DNA of 64,000 bases from Azolla caroliniana (Eukaryota; Plantae; Polypodiophyta), in the NCBI GenBank assembly GCA_043228905.1, contig JBHGNT010000005.1, forward strand, positions 558,001 through 622,000, read 5' to 3'. Both the position numbers and the translations under genes were made by a program. Below the pieces are notes generated by a model. That model was not told where the DNA came from. It did no database searches and worked only from the letters and a program-made list of their open reading frames with translations. Positions 1-13,579 of this stretch are shown here, one piece after another (the first letter of the stretch is position 1; each line of letters begins with the position of its first letter).

Positions 1-2103
1 AGTGAAGAAGTATGGCCTTACACTTCTCATGGCACAAGATGAGAATGTGAAGAAGTTTATAACAGGTGTTACAACCCAACTTTCAGGTACATGATCCTAC
101 ATAACTAATAGTGTTAGTAGAATATGATATGTGAACTCACCATCATCTGCTACACTTTTCAGCTTGGCTTGAAACTGGGAAGTTGCAGCGGGTTGTCCTG
201 GTTATCATCGATCAAGCAACCTCTGAAACACTTGAGAGATGGAACTTCGTTATTGAAGCTGACCAAGAGGTTCTTGAAAAAGGGTATGTTCTTCTTCCCA
301 AACCTCACGTACAACATTAATTAGTTTTTAATGTTGTTTTTTCCAAACCTCATATATAAAATTCTTGTGTTTTGCAATTTTTTTTCAAAATCTCATATAC
401 AGTATCGATAGATTATTCGAGCCCTCTCTCCAATCTATACTAAAAGCATAAAAAGATTTTCGAGTTCCTTCTCAAACCCTCATATATAGAGTTAATGAGT
501 TTTCAGGTTCTCAGTCAAACTTCATGTATAGTTTTATAATTCTCTCATGTTCTGGATGCTACTGATAGACAATGAAATGTAGAACATATAAGTATTTGTC
601 CCAACCTTGCTTATAGAGTCAATGGTTTTCCACTTTCTTCTCAAGCCTTGCATATAGATTGGATTATTGGTATTTATGTTTAGAATGTGAGCATTGTGAT
701 GAATTGCGAACATTGGAATCTCAAAAAATTAATTGTATAGGACATGAGAATATTTTTCTCTAAACTCGCCTATATAGATAGCAATCATTATTGGTATCTA
801 TGTGAAATGTTGGACATATGAGTATCTCTCTCTAATGTCACTCATATAATTAATGCTTAAAGCTTCACATGTGGATAGCATTATTTATGTTTAAGTTGTG
901 GATGAAAGCCTTGTGATGAATTGTTAACTCCTGGATCTCAACTATTTAATTGTACAAGACCCTTCAACCTCAGTCTGACTAATGGTGCATGTACACTCTT
1001 GTAGGCTTAATCTCTTTTTATGGGCCTTTAGGCTGTCTACTACTGGTTACTCTGTCTATAGCTGTAGCATGAATTCTGTCCTACATGTAAGTAAGAGCTT
1101 TATGGACAAAGGATTTAACTGTGAGTGTTATAATATGCATGAAGACTAACTTTAGAGGAAGTATCATAACTAACTTGTTTATATGCGAAGACGCGGCCAG
1201 GCACTAATTCAAATGTTGTTTTGCATAGTGATAAATGTTTTATGGAATGCTTATAAGTTTTTGGCTTGTCAGAATGAACTTTTTTGTCATGTCCAATTTT
1301 TGACATATAAATGAATGTTTTTGGCATGTTCGGGAATGTTTGTCACATTAAAGAAATAACTGTTTTAGGTATGTAGATCATGGTTTTTGACATTAAAGTT
1401 TTGGTTTTGTCATGTTGATGAAATGAGTGAAATATTATTCAGGATGTTTCTCGGTCACCTTAACTGAAGCAGATATTCTTTGTTTGTATACATTTTAATA
1501 TTAGTGTGTCAAAGAGAAAGAGTGATGCAGACATTATGAAGGAGATTCAAGCAATCATGCGGCAGATCACTTCTTGTGTTACATTCCTTCCTTGCTTGAA
1601 CACCACATGTAAGCATCGAAAACCAGAAGGAACGTTTCTCTATGTTCTTGATGAGGAAATTAAACACCAGAAGGAATGTTTCTCTAATTTTCTTGATGAG
1701 GAAATTAAATAATCATGATCTATTTATGTGTTCATTTGTACTGCAGGTATTTTTGATGTGCTAGCATACACGGACAAAGATGCCATGGTTCCAATGACAT
1801 GGGCAGACAGTGATGCGAAGATCATAGAGAACCCACAAGTTGTCAAACTAAGGTCTTTTGATACAAAGGTATACAAAATCTTTTCTCTATCTATTTTTGT
1901 TTTTTGTATGCATACATGTTAACTCACTTGGCTTGATGTTGATGTCATCATTGGTAACTTTAGAAATCACAGTAGACATTTTTGGATTCTTTTTTAACAA
2001 TATCTTTCCAATGCTTAAAGTTCTATCACATTTTCGTTTTTTGTAGGTGCATAAAATTGATGCGTCAGTGGCATTCAAATTGGGATCGGATGAGACTGAC
2101 TGA
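1..2103 (+). CDS. MAD2: Mitotic spindle assembly checkpoint protein MAD2 (HORMA domain), 5' end outside window
   Basis: Exons <1-86, 163-283, 1505-1608, 1747-1868 and 2047-2103 have GT-AG boundaries with consistent phase. They splice to VKKYGLTLLMAQDENVKKFITGVTTQLSAWLETGKLQRVVLVIIDQATSETLERWNFVIEADQEVLEKGVSKRKSDADIMKEIQAIMRQITSCVTFLPCLNTTCIFDVLAYTDKD...VKLRSFDTKVHKIDASVAFKLGSDETD*, which follows plant MAD2 motif by motif. Confidence 0.95.
290..960. repeat. Degenerate tandem repeats in a MAD2 intron
   Basis: Recurring TT(C/T)(C/T)CAAACC(T/C)CATATATA(G/A)A-like motif about every 40-60 bp. A ~70-80 bp segment at ~674-742 also recurs at ~885-960. Confidence 0.55.
1622..1710. repeat. Two-copy ~44 bp tandem duplication in a MAD2 intron
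   Basis: accagaaggaa(c/t)gtttctcta...ttcttgatgaggaaattaaa occurs twice head-to-tail. Confidence 0.85.
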
Positions 2104-2619
2104 CCATATCACAAGTTTTTTCTTTTGTTTGTGGTTTTTTTTCTATTGTAAATAACATTTTGAAAAGTTTCCTCCTGATCAATTATGGTAAAAAGAATTG
2201 TTTGTGTTCTTTTTCCCTGTTGTTTAAACACTTTTCTTGGACTCCTGATGCCTAGTAATGTATTGTATCTGTTTACAAATTTGGTTTCAGTGACATGTAT
2301 CATGAGATTAGTTGTTGCCTTCTGATTACACCAATTGTGGTGATATGATAGTGGTTTGCTTTGCATGTTTTGAGAGGTAACATTATTTAATTTGTTCCTT
2401 TTTACTATGCCAATGATGTTTATCACTGTTAACTTCTATGTCCATTTTATGATATTTAATTTACTTTCTTTGCCAATAGATGTCCTAAATAGTCTTTAGT
2501 TGGAGAGTTCTGTTGGATAGATTGTCATCATTATAGATTATTATAATTTGCAACATGGGTGTGTAGCATCGAACAAATTGGTATGACAATTTGGACTTTG
2601 TTTCTGGCCACAAATGAAA

Positions 2620-2915
2620 GTTCCTATTGGAATGGCAAAGTAAAATTCTAGTAATGAAATTTTTGCTATCTGAGTTTGATAGGCATGTATGCGGTCTCCA
2701 ATATTAACTAGTCTTGACACTGTTTGTAATCAGTCTTGTGCGGTTGTAATCTACAACACTGTGCTGATGAAATATCCCAATAGAATAGCAAATTAAAATG
2801 ATAGTAATGAAAATCTTCTGTCTGAGTTTGATAAGCATCTATGCGGGACACACAATTTCTCCTTGTTCTCAATTGACCTTGATGTGGTTATAATCTACAA
2901 CACCTTGTTGATGCA
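2620..2915. repeat. Two-copy ~155 bp diverged tandem duplication downstream of MAD2
   Basis: tagtaatgaaa...tctgagtttgata(g/a)gcat(g/c)tatgcgg and ggtt(g/a)taatctacaacac each occur twice with similar spacing. Confidence 0.7.
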
Positions 2916-4079
2916 TGATCTAAATGGTTCTTGAAACATGATTTGTTACACATAATTGGTCTGTAAGGCTTTGACATAGAACATTGTAATTTTCACCTTG
3001 TTGTATGACTCCATGTGCAAAATATCAATAATTGGAGTAGGTAAAAGAAAATGCAGGAAACTTGGAATAAGTTGAAAGGAACAAAGGTACATAGTACAAT
3101 CTACTTGTATAAGTGTGGTTTTGCCCATGTCATTGGCAAGCCATGATTATTTAAATGGCATTTATGTGAGCAACCTTCATAGTAGTGGAGATATGAACTT
3201 ACGATTGTGGTTAAGTGCACATTATCAACGTATGGTCGAAGCCACTTGAAAAGGTCTCCTTACGACTTGCTACATATCATCATTGCCTTGTCCATGATGC
3301 TTGAACAATGATCCTTGTAATCTACCACATCATTGGTGGTGAAGCTATGATTTTCAACCACATGCATGAGATTCTCACCATGACATATTAATACATGGGT
3401 AAATTATCAAACACATGTGCTGGTCATAAGAAGATCTTAGTGACATTGGAATAATTTGAAAGAAATAGCACACATTGTAGAGTTATTGGCAACCATGATT
3501 GAGAATGAGTCATATATAAATTAAGAGCCTAACATGGGATCTCAACCATGACTTTGCAAGAACCATGCACTCCTTGGTAATGCACATATCATTATTTAGA
3601 GCAACCATAGAGCATATTTTGATCTTTTCACATTGAGTGATGAGTTTGATGATATGGATACACATATAGCTTGGGATTAATTTAAGTTTAATGTACCCAA
3701 TCTTAATGAGTTCACACATGTTGCAGACTCTATGCCTTAATTCAAACAACGATCGAATCTTTGTGTATATCTTTGGAGAGTTTGAATTACTATTGACTTG
3801 GAGTGCTTGTCCTATTGTTGCTAGAAGTTTCCCACTAGTAAGATTTGAAATAGAGTTATTCTATTGGAACTCAAGAGTCAAATATAAGTATTTTCCTTTT
3901 CTAAAACCAGGTGGAATTATTTCAGATTTCTTCATTTATTCTGAATCTCAGTCCTAACCTCCATAGAGATGGGGTTTTCTGAAAGATGAAGATAGTGATA
4001 TACCGATACTTTTTTCCCTTCCTTGCATTAACTGCAGAAGATGTTTCCATTGAAGAGATGGAGTTTATGAACCCTAAGT

Positions 4080-4420
4080 TTCAATGGGTTCTGAACAACG
4101 AACTTGAAATCAAATCCATATTTGGCTATGCGCATAATTCATATGTATTTTATGATTCTATGGCAAGGAAATGGAAAGATTTATCAAGACAAATGGGGTT
4201 TATCAGAATGTGGAACTCTTGTGGAAGGAATACTTCAGAGATCCTTCAATGTGGTATCACAAAAATACCAAGGTATGGAAAATCCTTCTTTTCTACGTAT
4301 ATGTATTGCCTATTGGATCGGAGTGAGGAAGAGAAATAACAAAATAGAAGAAAATATTTTTTTTGTTTGTTCTACTACAAACCGAACCCACCTATGAGAC
4401 AAATCTCTATGGGTGTCAAG
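4080..4420 (+). mobile_element. Possible highly decayed L1-type LINE 3' ORF2 remnant
   Basis: Broken frames contain KWGLSECGT and QCGITKIP, loosely resembling the zf-RVT region. No intact motif is present. Confidence 0.25.
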
Positions 4421-5879
4421 AATGAAAGAAAATGACGAGATACATTAGATAGAAAGATGATATATTGTGTTTTTTCTTGAAAGACTAATATGAGAACCTA
4501 TAAATTCAGAAAGAGTAACCTGAGAGAGATGGTTCAAAGGGTTCAGGCATGTATTAGTAATGATTATTGCTTATGGTTTCTTCTATCTATAAGTATAAAG
4601 CATATACATGTGCCTCAGAGGTGGGGCCAGCTGTGTGTCCGACTTGGAGAAGTTGCACAGGTTTGGTGGATTTGAATATTAATTGATGATGGGAAGCATT
4701 GGCAAATGGCTGTGATTGCTTCAAATTGTAGTGTGAGAAGCTCCCTGTCTTTGATCTGTAGCTTGGAGTGAAGTGTGTGCAGATGTGGTCGGATCTTACT
4801 AGGCATCTCCATGCTCCATTCCCAATTCCATGATCATGGCTATCAGCGTTGGTGGAGAGTGATTGTCCGTCTCGTTTTGAATAGCATGACCCTGATGATA
4901 TGTGGTTCAGTGTTTCTCATTATTTCCTTGTAGGTCGTTCCAACATGTAGGGTTTACATGAGTGCAACATTTTTCAAATTTCCATTTTTGGCGTCCCCAT
5001 TCCATTGGACAATTAATGTCTCTGCCAGGCATGTTAAGATGTCCATCATGAGCATATCATTAAGTCATCAGGTGATAGCTCAAACAGTGTATCCACGTCA
5101 CATAACTTAAACCAGTTGTATGTGCCCAACTGGAAGAGCAAACTTTGCCTGTTTGTATCTTGGGTTGATAGGCAAGATACAATCATATTCTTCACTTTCA
5201 TCAAACTCTCTAGCTCAATGAATTGCAACCCCATTTTAAGGATCATCACTGACTATGGAGTGTTTGCATCACCCCAAGGTGGTATTGTAGGAACATTGCT
5301 TGAACCTTCTGAAAGTTGTTCCATCTAGAGGGAGGTATGCATCTGACCCAACCTCAGACGAAAAAGAAAGAAAGATATATTAATCTCTCCCCAAGGCCAA
5401 CATCATCCTATCAGATAAATCACATTTACGAATATTGGTGATTTCGTCTGCCATACTGAGATGGAATTATCTTTGAGATGTTTTGCAAGCATGTAATGGG
5501 TAGTAATGAGTAGGTGGTATAAAGATGCTATGAAAATTTTTTACAAGTGCATCACAGTATACTCATGCAGATCGGACGTGGCAAACCATTATTTTGATGA
5601 TTTGATTATACTATGACCTGTGTGCCATATATCTTGGCAGTCACAGTTTCTTTTGTTGTTGGCATTCCTCTACTCATTGTATTGTGATTCCTTGGCATAT
5701 TGCAAATGGATATGAAGAGTTACGGAAGAAATCTGATGATGTGCGATAGTCCTTTCATCCCCCATGCTAATTTAAGGGTTGGTTCCCTATGCTTTTGAAG
5801 CTCAAGCAACATTCGGCTAAACTGACATTGGCAAGCCTTGTCCATCATTTGTCAAATGGTGATGGACTCCACTTAAACG

Positions 5880-6560
5880 TGTCGCATAAACGTGTGTGCG
5901 TATGCTACTCGAGCGAGACCACTAGGGTCTTGGACCAAGGGGAATATGAAGATGTGTGAGAAGGGCCTCTAAATCCCCTCTGTAAGTTTCCCTATGAAAA
6001 TCCGCTCCTTTCATGTGCCATAGTTTAGACCAGGGTTACGTGGCAAATCACTTGATTCGGCAAACAAAGGAGGCAAACATTCAGAGGTGAACGTAGGAGG
6101 GAGGTGGAGACTCCTGAGGTGAACGAAGAGAGCCGAAGGCTTGCCTAGCAGCAACCACATAACCCTCCTCACTCTCACACATACATACACAATGGCTTAG
6201 GGTAATCAACACGCGATAGGCGTCAATCACACAAGATTAGCACTAATGCACATGACACGCTCACACATACACACACAATGGTCTCACACATACACACACG
6301 ATGGCTTAGGGTAATTAACAGGCAATAAGCGTCAATGAAGTGAGATTAGCAAAGTCGTCAACGTGCAATGAGCTCGGTTATGATGAAGACAACAAAACCC
6401 TCAAAGTAGAAGAGGGTGATGGAGAAGAAGTAAAAACTAAATAAAAATATACCTCGACAACAAAGCTCCTAGAGTCAAGCTCCCAAAATACAAAATTGTC
6501 AAACTCCTAAATGAATCCTCTTCCCCTCCTTTATAGAGAGAAAGGCGCCAATACCTACCT
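5880..6560 (-). mobile_element. Probable LTR-retrotransposon LTR fragment with internal duplication
   Basis: GC-richer block with a duplicated ~70 bp unit (ctcacacatac...atggcttagggtaat...gcgtcaat...agattagca at ~6174 and ~6283). The minus strand carries a TATA-like ctataaaggagg near 6530. Termini were not identified. Confidence 0.35.
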
Positions 6561-7292
6561 GTCTCATTCGATGCATACCTACCCTTTGTTTATTCATATC
6601 CCCGTATAATGTGCATCTACATCCTCATGCACAACCTGCACTCTATCGTGGAACTCCTTTTTATACAATAGATCCACTCCTCTAGAGCCTCTAATGCTTC
6701 TTGGCGTCCGTGGGTGGGGATGACATACTGATTCCCATCTATATCCGTATACATATGGGAGTTTACTAGCCATGCATTCATGGGTCTTTATATACATACC
6801 AATAATTGTGTTTTTCAAGGTATCTCCAAATACCCAGAAAGAGGAAGAAAGAAAGAAAATTATATCAATAATATATTAACATCTTTTAAGAGGCCAAAAT
6901 GGCCTATAAAACCAAACAAGAGATTACATCTTAAGTGTTGACTCATCTTTGAGAATAAAAAATCAAAATAAGTAAATTTTACCAAGTAAAAAAAGTAAAG
7001 AAGATAAAAAGAGACTAAAGAGCCTTTTTTTGGTACATGTAAGATTCTAAAGTCAAATGTATTGTAATTTGTCTTCGAAAGATCTCTCGCATACGTCAAT
7101 CCAGAATGGAGAGGTCTCCGAAGTGAGGGAAGCACTTACGATGGTTGGAGATGATGGTCTTTATTTGTCAATGACAATGATGGTGAGATCATGGTCCACA
7201 GGACCGAGGCCTACATGCACGACAAATTGCTATTGTTCGATCTATTGTAACCCCTACGTTATGTGTTGGTCAATAGTCCATTTGTGTAGCCT

Positions 7293-8738
7293 TTGATTGA
7301 CTTATAGGATGAGTAGGAGTGATAGGGCTAAATAAAGTGGTGATTGTTCTTTGTTGATGAGCGTCTGTCGCTATATTGTTGTCCTTCAACAACTTTTCCT
7401 TGTGTCTCTTGAGATTTACCAAGAAAAGCCCCAAGCACCATTGGTCGTCATATTCAATTACCTTGTGTAGTGGGCTAAAGCCTCTTGTTTCATAAAAGCA
7501 CTGCACTGACATAGTGTTCTTCAGGTTCCACTCCCTGATGACACAATTGGCAAACTCTTTCTTCTAGAGGTATTCATGCATATCTGCCTATCTCAATCTC
7601 TAATTGATGTGATGAACTTTTCAGCTGAAATATCACATTGTGCAGCTGATAGGATAATGCATGTGCATATAATAAATATGGCACGATGATAAATCTATCT
7701 TCCGATGTGTGTAAAAAGTGTCTTATAGTGGGTTATCTTCCAAATAAGTGATATTTTGGTCACCTTGAGTACCTTCCTTTAGGGAGCTCCCAAAACCGCT
7801 GGATACAGGTCACTGATCGGGATAATGCCTCAATGATAATAGGGGCTGCTCCTTTCTCTGGCCCAAAGTATATCATGGGGCAGATTTGCTCCTTATCATG
7901 TGGGCTGCATATCCATGAGAAAGTTGGGCATAAGGAGAACCTAGGCCCCGTAAAGTTACTCCTAAGATGTGTAGGAGTGTGTGTAAGCCACCTTTTCCTC
8001 TCCCAAGAAGAATTCTGGTTCTGACCTTGTTTCCCATTCTGGTGATTTACAAAAGCGTGTCCATACAAAATACTTTTGAGGCGTTTGGATGTCTTAGTCC
8101 CTGTAGAGAGTCAGAAATCAGCACAATATCATAATCATATAGTAATACTTGTATGGCTATAGCTGTTAGGCATGCTCCCAAACCCCTGAATCTCTCTATA
8201 TGATGTGATGCCACATCTATATAGAGACCCAAGAGTGTGCGTGAGAGTGGGCATCCTTGGTTTACTCCAATTGTGTTAGCCACAGCTTCTAACAAACTAT
8301 TGGGAGACTGCACTTTTTCTGACACAGATTCATACAGTGCATAGCTTCCCCATTGCATATCTATAGGGACACTACGAGCTTCTAGCTGTTGCATAAGCCA
8401 AGCACACAGCACAGTGTCAAAGGCTTTTTGGAACCCCTTCCAACAGCCTTCTTTTTCCAGTTGCTCTGTTGGTATACTCAATTCTGACTCTAGGATTGAA
8501 CCATATAGTTTATCCAATTAATGATCAATCATGATTGTCCTATAGTTTCTCAACATCAAGGGGACCAGTATACTCTTGAGGATTGGCACCATGGTATGTT
8601 CTGTTCATCAAGAGGACTGGTATATTCCATCCTTCACCTCAAAACGTAGATATGCATGATTTGATACCAAGCGAATAGTTATAGTGAACTCTATTATTTC
8701 AGGTATAAGAGATGGAGATCCCATCAGGTAATGGACTA
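7293..8738 (-). mobile_element. Decayed non-LTR retrotransposon (RT plus C-terminal Cys/His domain, RTEX-like)
   Basis: Minus-strand RT motifs FQKAFDTV, GVNQGCPLS, LLYDYDIVLIS (mutated YADD) and FTGPRFSL. At ~7500-7627 it reads QLKSSSHQLEIEIGRYA*IPLEERVCQLCHQGVEPEEHYV. Stops and frameshifts are present, and the 5' part runs into the N gap. Confidence 0.85.
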
Positions 8739-8838
8739 NNNNNNNNNNNNNNNNNNNNNNNNNNNNNNNNNNNNNNNNNNNNNNNNNNNNNNNNNNNNNN
8801 NNNNNNNNNNNNNNNNNNNNNNNNNNNNNNNNNNNNNN
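8739..8838. other. Assembly gap (100 N)
   Basis: Run of N. Confidence 1.
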
Positions 8839-9563
8839 AACCATTACATCTTTTGGGGTAGAAGTCTTAGGATCATGGCAACATGCGATGTGAATGGGAG
8901 AGTTGTATGGGGGTCCTTCCAGGAGCTAAAGTTAACAGGGGAAGGTTGGGTGGAACAATTAAACGCCTATGGTCATGGATTTATAGTGCAGGGTGGCAAT
9001 GTGTTTGAATGTGTTGGAGTTCGACCTGGTACAAACTCTTAATTTTTTGAGGAGATATGGATGACGGTGGCTTGCTTAACGGTTTGGCACATTTGGACCA
9101 AGCGTTTTAAGTTTGTTTTTCAACAACACAAGCTCCCAAGCGATGAGGTGTTGTTAAACATCTGGTTCTACCTGGTATGTTGGTTGCAAGGACAGTACGA
9201 TTCGATTTAGGGGGAATCAGATGAAATAGAAAGAACTCGGTCAAAGTTTATGTTGAAATGGGGTAGTTCTCCCTTGGTGGTCAGATCATCATCAGGGTCT
9301 AAATGGAACTACCAAGCACCCAGATGGTTGTTCCTGCCAATGGCTTCCATTAGTGACAAAGAGTTGTAAATATGTATAGTTGTGTTACAAGGTAGTTACC
9401 ATGTTAAAAGAGTTGATGGGATACTTTTGTTGTAAATGAGGGGGTAGGGACTATGATCACTTTGGTGAGAAGACTAGAGTGAGTTTTGCTGAAATTTGTC
9501 GGTCTTTGATGTACTTTGTTTGCTAACTAATGCGAATTAGTGTTTTTTTTGGAGGAAAAAAAA
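8839..9563 (+). mobile_element. L1-type LINE 3' fragment
   Basis: Reads ...EIWMTVACLTVWHIWTKRFKFVFQQHK..., the WxIWxxRxxxVF motif of the plant L1 ORF2 C-terminus, then KWNYQAPRWLF. It ends near an A-run at ~9555-9563. Confidence 0.7.
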
Positions 9564-9687
9564 ACACATTACACATCTATAATTTGGAAGCATAATGGTA
9601 AAGCTTGTGGGTTTATGCCTCACTGATGCCTTTAATGCTACTTCAATATAATGATTTCCATCATTTTAGTTTGTGATTATGAAGGTA

Positions 9688-10560
9688 CGCACACATCTCA
9701 ATACAAAGAACCCCAAAATTAATTTCCCTTTCAATTTACATACCTATTATGGTACTATGCCGATACCATAAAAAGAGAACCCATTTCTTAACATCTAATT
9801 ATACGATCTATCTCGAGCCTAAGGCAATCAAACACTACTTACATGATGATGATATTTCCCATGATTGCATTTATTTTTTTATTTCCAAAACACACTACTT
9901 TGCATTAGTTAGCAAATAGAATACACCAGAGTTTATCCAAATCCATAGTGGGATCAACATATACAACTCGGAGGAACAACCCATAATTGCATTTTAGATC
10001 CATTGGTGATGAATGTTTAATAATAAAGTCATTGTAAGGTTGTTTTCCTCTCAATATAATGATTCCTAAAAGTCTTGTACTGTTAATAATCCTAAAAAGA
10101 GTTGGAAAACATAATATGAACAATGAAAAATAAATTATAGCAAACATTTCCTATAATTCCCATGCTTTTACAGACACGCACACACACACGCACTTGTTAC
10201 TTAGCTTTCCAATAATATAGATATCTCTATTTTTCTTCTTCTTAAAAGTGACACATGTATTAAAGCAACACGACAATACAAAAAACCTTAGTTATCCTTA
10301 TTATAATAGTTTGTCTAGATCTTATGGTAAAGGTTAAACCCTCCAAGGTGTCGTAAGACTAGATAACATAAAGGCAACTTTCTCAAGGACAAGGTGTCCA
10401 CACATATCCATACAAAGAACTGCAAAATCAAATTTCCGTTCAATCAATGTACCTATCACGGTACTCCATGGAGACCATAAAAAACGAACCCATTTTGTAA
10501 CCTCCAATTATATGATCTACCTCAACACTTCAGGCAATCAAACACTACTTGTATGACAAG
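9688..10560. repeat. Dispersed ~165 bp direct repeat pair (~9688-9850 and ~10399-10560)
   Basis: Shared collinear blocks atacaaagaac, accataaaaa, gaacccattt and aggcaatcaaacactactt. Confidence 0.75.
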
Positions 10561-10599
10561 CAAGGTAACTTTTTCGATCTTGAGCTTCTCCAAATGTAC

Positions 10600-11400
10600 T
10601 TGTATCATTACAATTGGTTGGGTGGACAATAGAAGGTAATCATCCGATTAAAGATTGCTATCTCTTTGGCCAAAATATTCTACTATCTAGCCATTAAGGA
10701 CCTAATGTCTCCATTACCCAAAGGGCACAAAAGAGAGACAACTTTTAGTAAAGGGTTATGAGACAAACTTTCTATGAATCGTACTTCTTGTTGGAATTGT
10801 ACGTTTTTGGACAATGATGCAAGAGAACCTTTGAGTTGCCCAACTAAAGCCTTAAAAAAACAATTGTCGAATACATCCAATTCAAGCTTTTGCCATCATA
10901 AGATGTGAAAGTGCATACTCCTCTTCATTGTTTATATCATCTTCCAATATTGTCACAGCTTGAACCTTCTCCTTCTCCTATGATGATGAAAAAAACATTG
11001 ACCATGTAGTCGCATTATCTAATCAAACAAGTAATTAGGAGCTAAAAGAGATGGGAAAAGTTTAATATGATCATGAATAATTGCTTATCAAATATGTGTT
11101 GAGATTACCATAGGCCTCTAAACAATTTCCATTCAATCCATGCATGGAAGCATGTAACTCACAAAAAATTTAAGCGACTAACACTTACGATCATCTCAAT
11201 CATGCTTCATACCTATCAAACAATATTGTCGATGATTATGTTCCATAAGGTATTGTAGAGCGTGAAACAATAGCCTAGACATCCAACAATTAATCATGTG
11301 TGGGGGTAGGAACACCAACAACACTAGATATGATGGTTGTTGGACAAGTGCCACCATTTACATTTGTATCACTGCACGCGAAATCACATAATGATGGGCA
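10600..11400 (-). mobile_element. Possible decayed hAT transposase remnant
   Basis: Minus-strand fragments (VRFIESLSHNPLLKVV, and a W..P..H..I-like segment near 11300) loosely resemble hAT transposase blocks. Heavily degraded. Confidence 0.25.
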
Positions 11401-13579
11401 AATAGTTGAATATTAGAGAGGCAAAAATATCCCATGTTGCAATGTGAATTTTGGCCTTCTTCTTTTTTGTCATATTACTCATTGAAAGATAAAATGCCAA
11501 AGAAAGAAAGAATTGAGTCTAAGGGCCTCCCTTGTTATTAAAATTCAAAAATCACCATCCACCATTGATATGTACATTTCAAGAAAATTGGAAAAGGATC
11601 TAATGATGCATACCTAAATGCGTCATCGTGCTTTGAATAAACGTAATCCCAACCAAGTCCACATTATTTAGTCAGGTGGTTTTTTTAGGGTTTAGGGTTT
11701 ATCATATGGGGTTGTTGTCACATTCCCTACTGCTTGATGGCATGATGTACAACAAGGTAAGAAAATGAAACTTGCTTTTAACCTTTACTCAAATTGGACA
11801 CAAAAATGAAAATGTGCATTCCACCTCACTTGCTTCAAAATCTCCTAGAACATGATCTCCAAAGAACGCTCTAAACCAAATTATGATTGGAAACGACGAA
11901 GTGGGGTTTTAACTAGTTGTCATTTTTCTAAAAATAACTTCAATAAAGACCCTTGGTCCTTTGTATATATCGTCAACTCTATTTTGACCACCTTAGTATT
12001 AAGCCCTTGGTTGTTGACAATCAATAAATCAACTTCTCTCTCAAATATATCTACTTTCTCGGGCTCTAGATCACATGCATCATTTCTTGATATTTATGAT
12101 AAAGTTATGATTCTCATAAGTTAATAATCACTATTTTCAAAGCCTCTTATATCATATTCATGCAAGTTGTAATTAGAGAACCCGTTGTTTGTAAATTTTG
12201 ATCAAATTAATTTCTCTTTTTCTATTTGGTTTGCATGTATCAATATCCTTCTATGTGATAAAATACATGTTGAAGAGGTACTAAAAATTTCCCATATGAT
12301 AAAACGACGTGATAAACTTACATGTTTCACAGTGATACCCCCAGGGAACAAAGGACCAACATAAGAGTGCACAATTTAGTTTACATGTCAAAGTACTCTA
12401 TCTTGTACATCAAACGAGATGCATTCATGATTCAACATTTTGTCATAGTTCATGGTTCTTAAGAAAATCAAGCATTATTCCTAGAAAAGCACATCAGTAA
12501 CTCTCGGTGACCCGTCTTTGCCTAATCATAACTCTCCTACTTTCCCCAAAATAAAATCTCTCTCTGTCTCTCGGTATTCTGGAATCTGAATGTTATTGAT
12601 AGTTTTTTGTAAACTTGAGAAAATTGTGATCTTACAAATAGACGCAAAGACCTTAGCCAAAGAATTTTGATAAACATGCGATGTATTTATATACTATCTG
12701 TAGCACCAATATCTCTATAGCGGTATGTTTGGTAGCTTTCACATATTACAATTCCAACTTTTTGTATGACGCAACAAGGTTTCTATCAATTTTGTAGTAA
12801 ATGAATTCATTTTTTATGAGCAATGGGAGAGGGGTGCAATATCTCTTCTATTTTATGCAAATGAAATGGCTTGTAACGGTAATTTACCGTTTAAAATGCA
12901 TCTTCAAGGCGCACATAATAGGAAACTATGTGGAATGTTACATACAAATTTGAAAGGAAAAGAAAGAGAATATGAATATAAGAAATTCCTATTTTTCACT
13001 AAGTAAAAATAATCACCCTTGGTGGCATTGCACTTTATAAATCCACTTTTTGCCACCCAGGTGTTGAAATCAACAACGTTACTTAGGTAAAAGGCAATGC
13101 TAAAAGAAGGAACACACTCCCAATAAAGCCCTAAATATAAACAAATGAATGAAAAGTGAAATCATGAAAGATCAAAAGTTGCTACGTGCAGTACATTGAG
13201 CATGGTACCTTTGTTGTCTCTTATTTCTCAAAGCAAAAGCTGACATTGAATTCTTCCGTGGAGTAGAATTAAAACAAAAACTACTAAATTTCTTTAACAT
13301 AGATGGCTTGGCTTAGAAGGAATCCTTTATGCTTAACTATATATTGGTGTTATGTATTCTACACATGCTTTGCGACAATTGCAAAGAGAGAAAACAACGA
13401 CGGAAAATAATGCTTTAATACTATGATGTAAGAGATGGTTGATTAATGTCTTGTTAGTATTCATAATGATTAACGATCACATATCCATATTTAATGAGCA
13501 ATGCTTGTGCACTAAAACCATATCAAAGGTTTCTCTTGAGTTGCTACCTAAACACTCAAGAGGATAAACCATACACACA

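Noticed and set aside
4700-5340. Possible retrotransposon coding remnant
   Set aside because: Composition is suggestive but no diagnostic motif was found.
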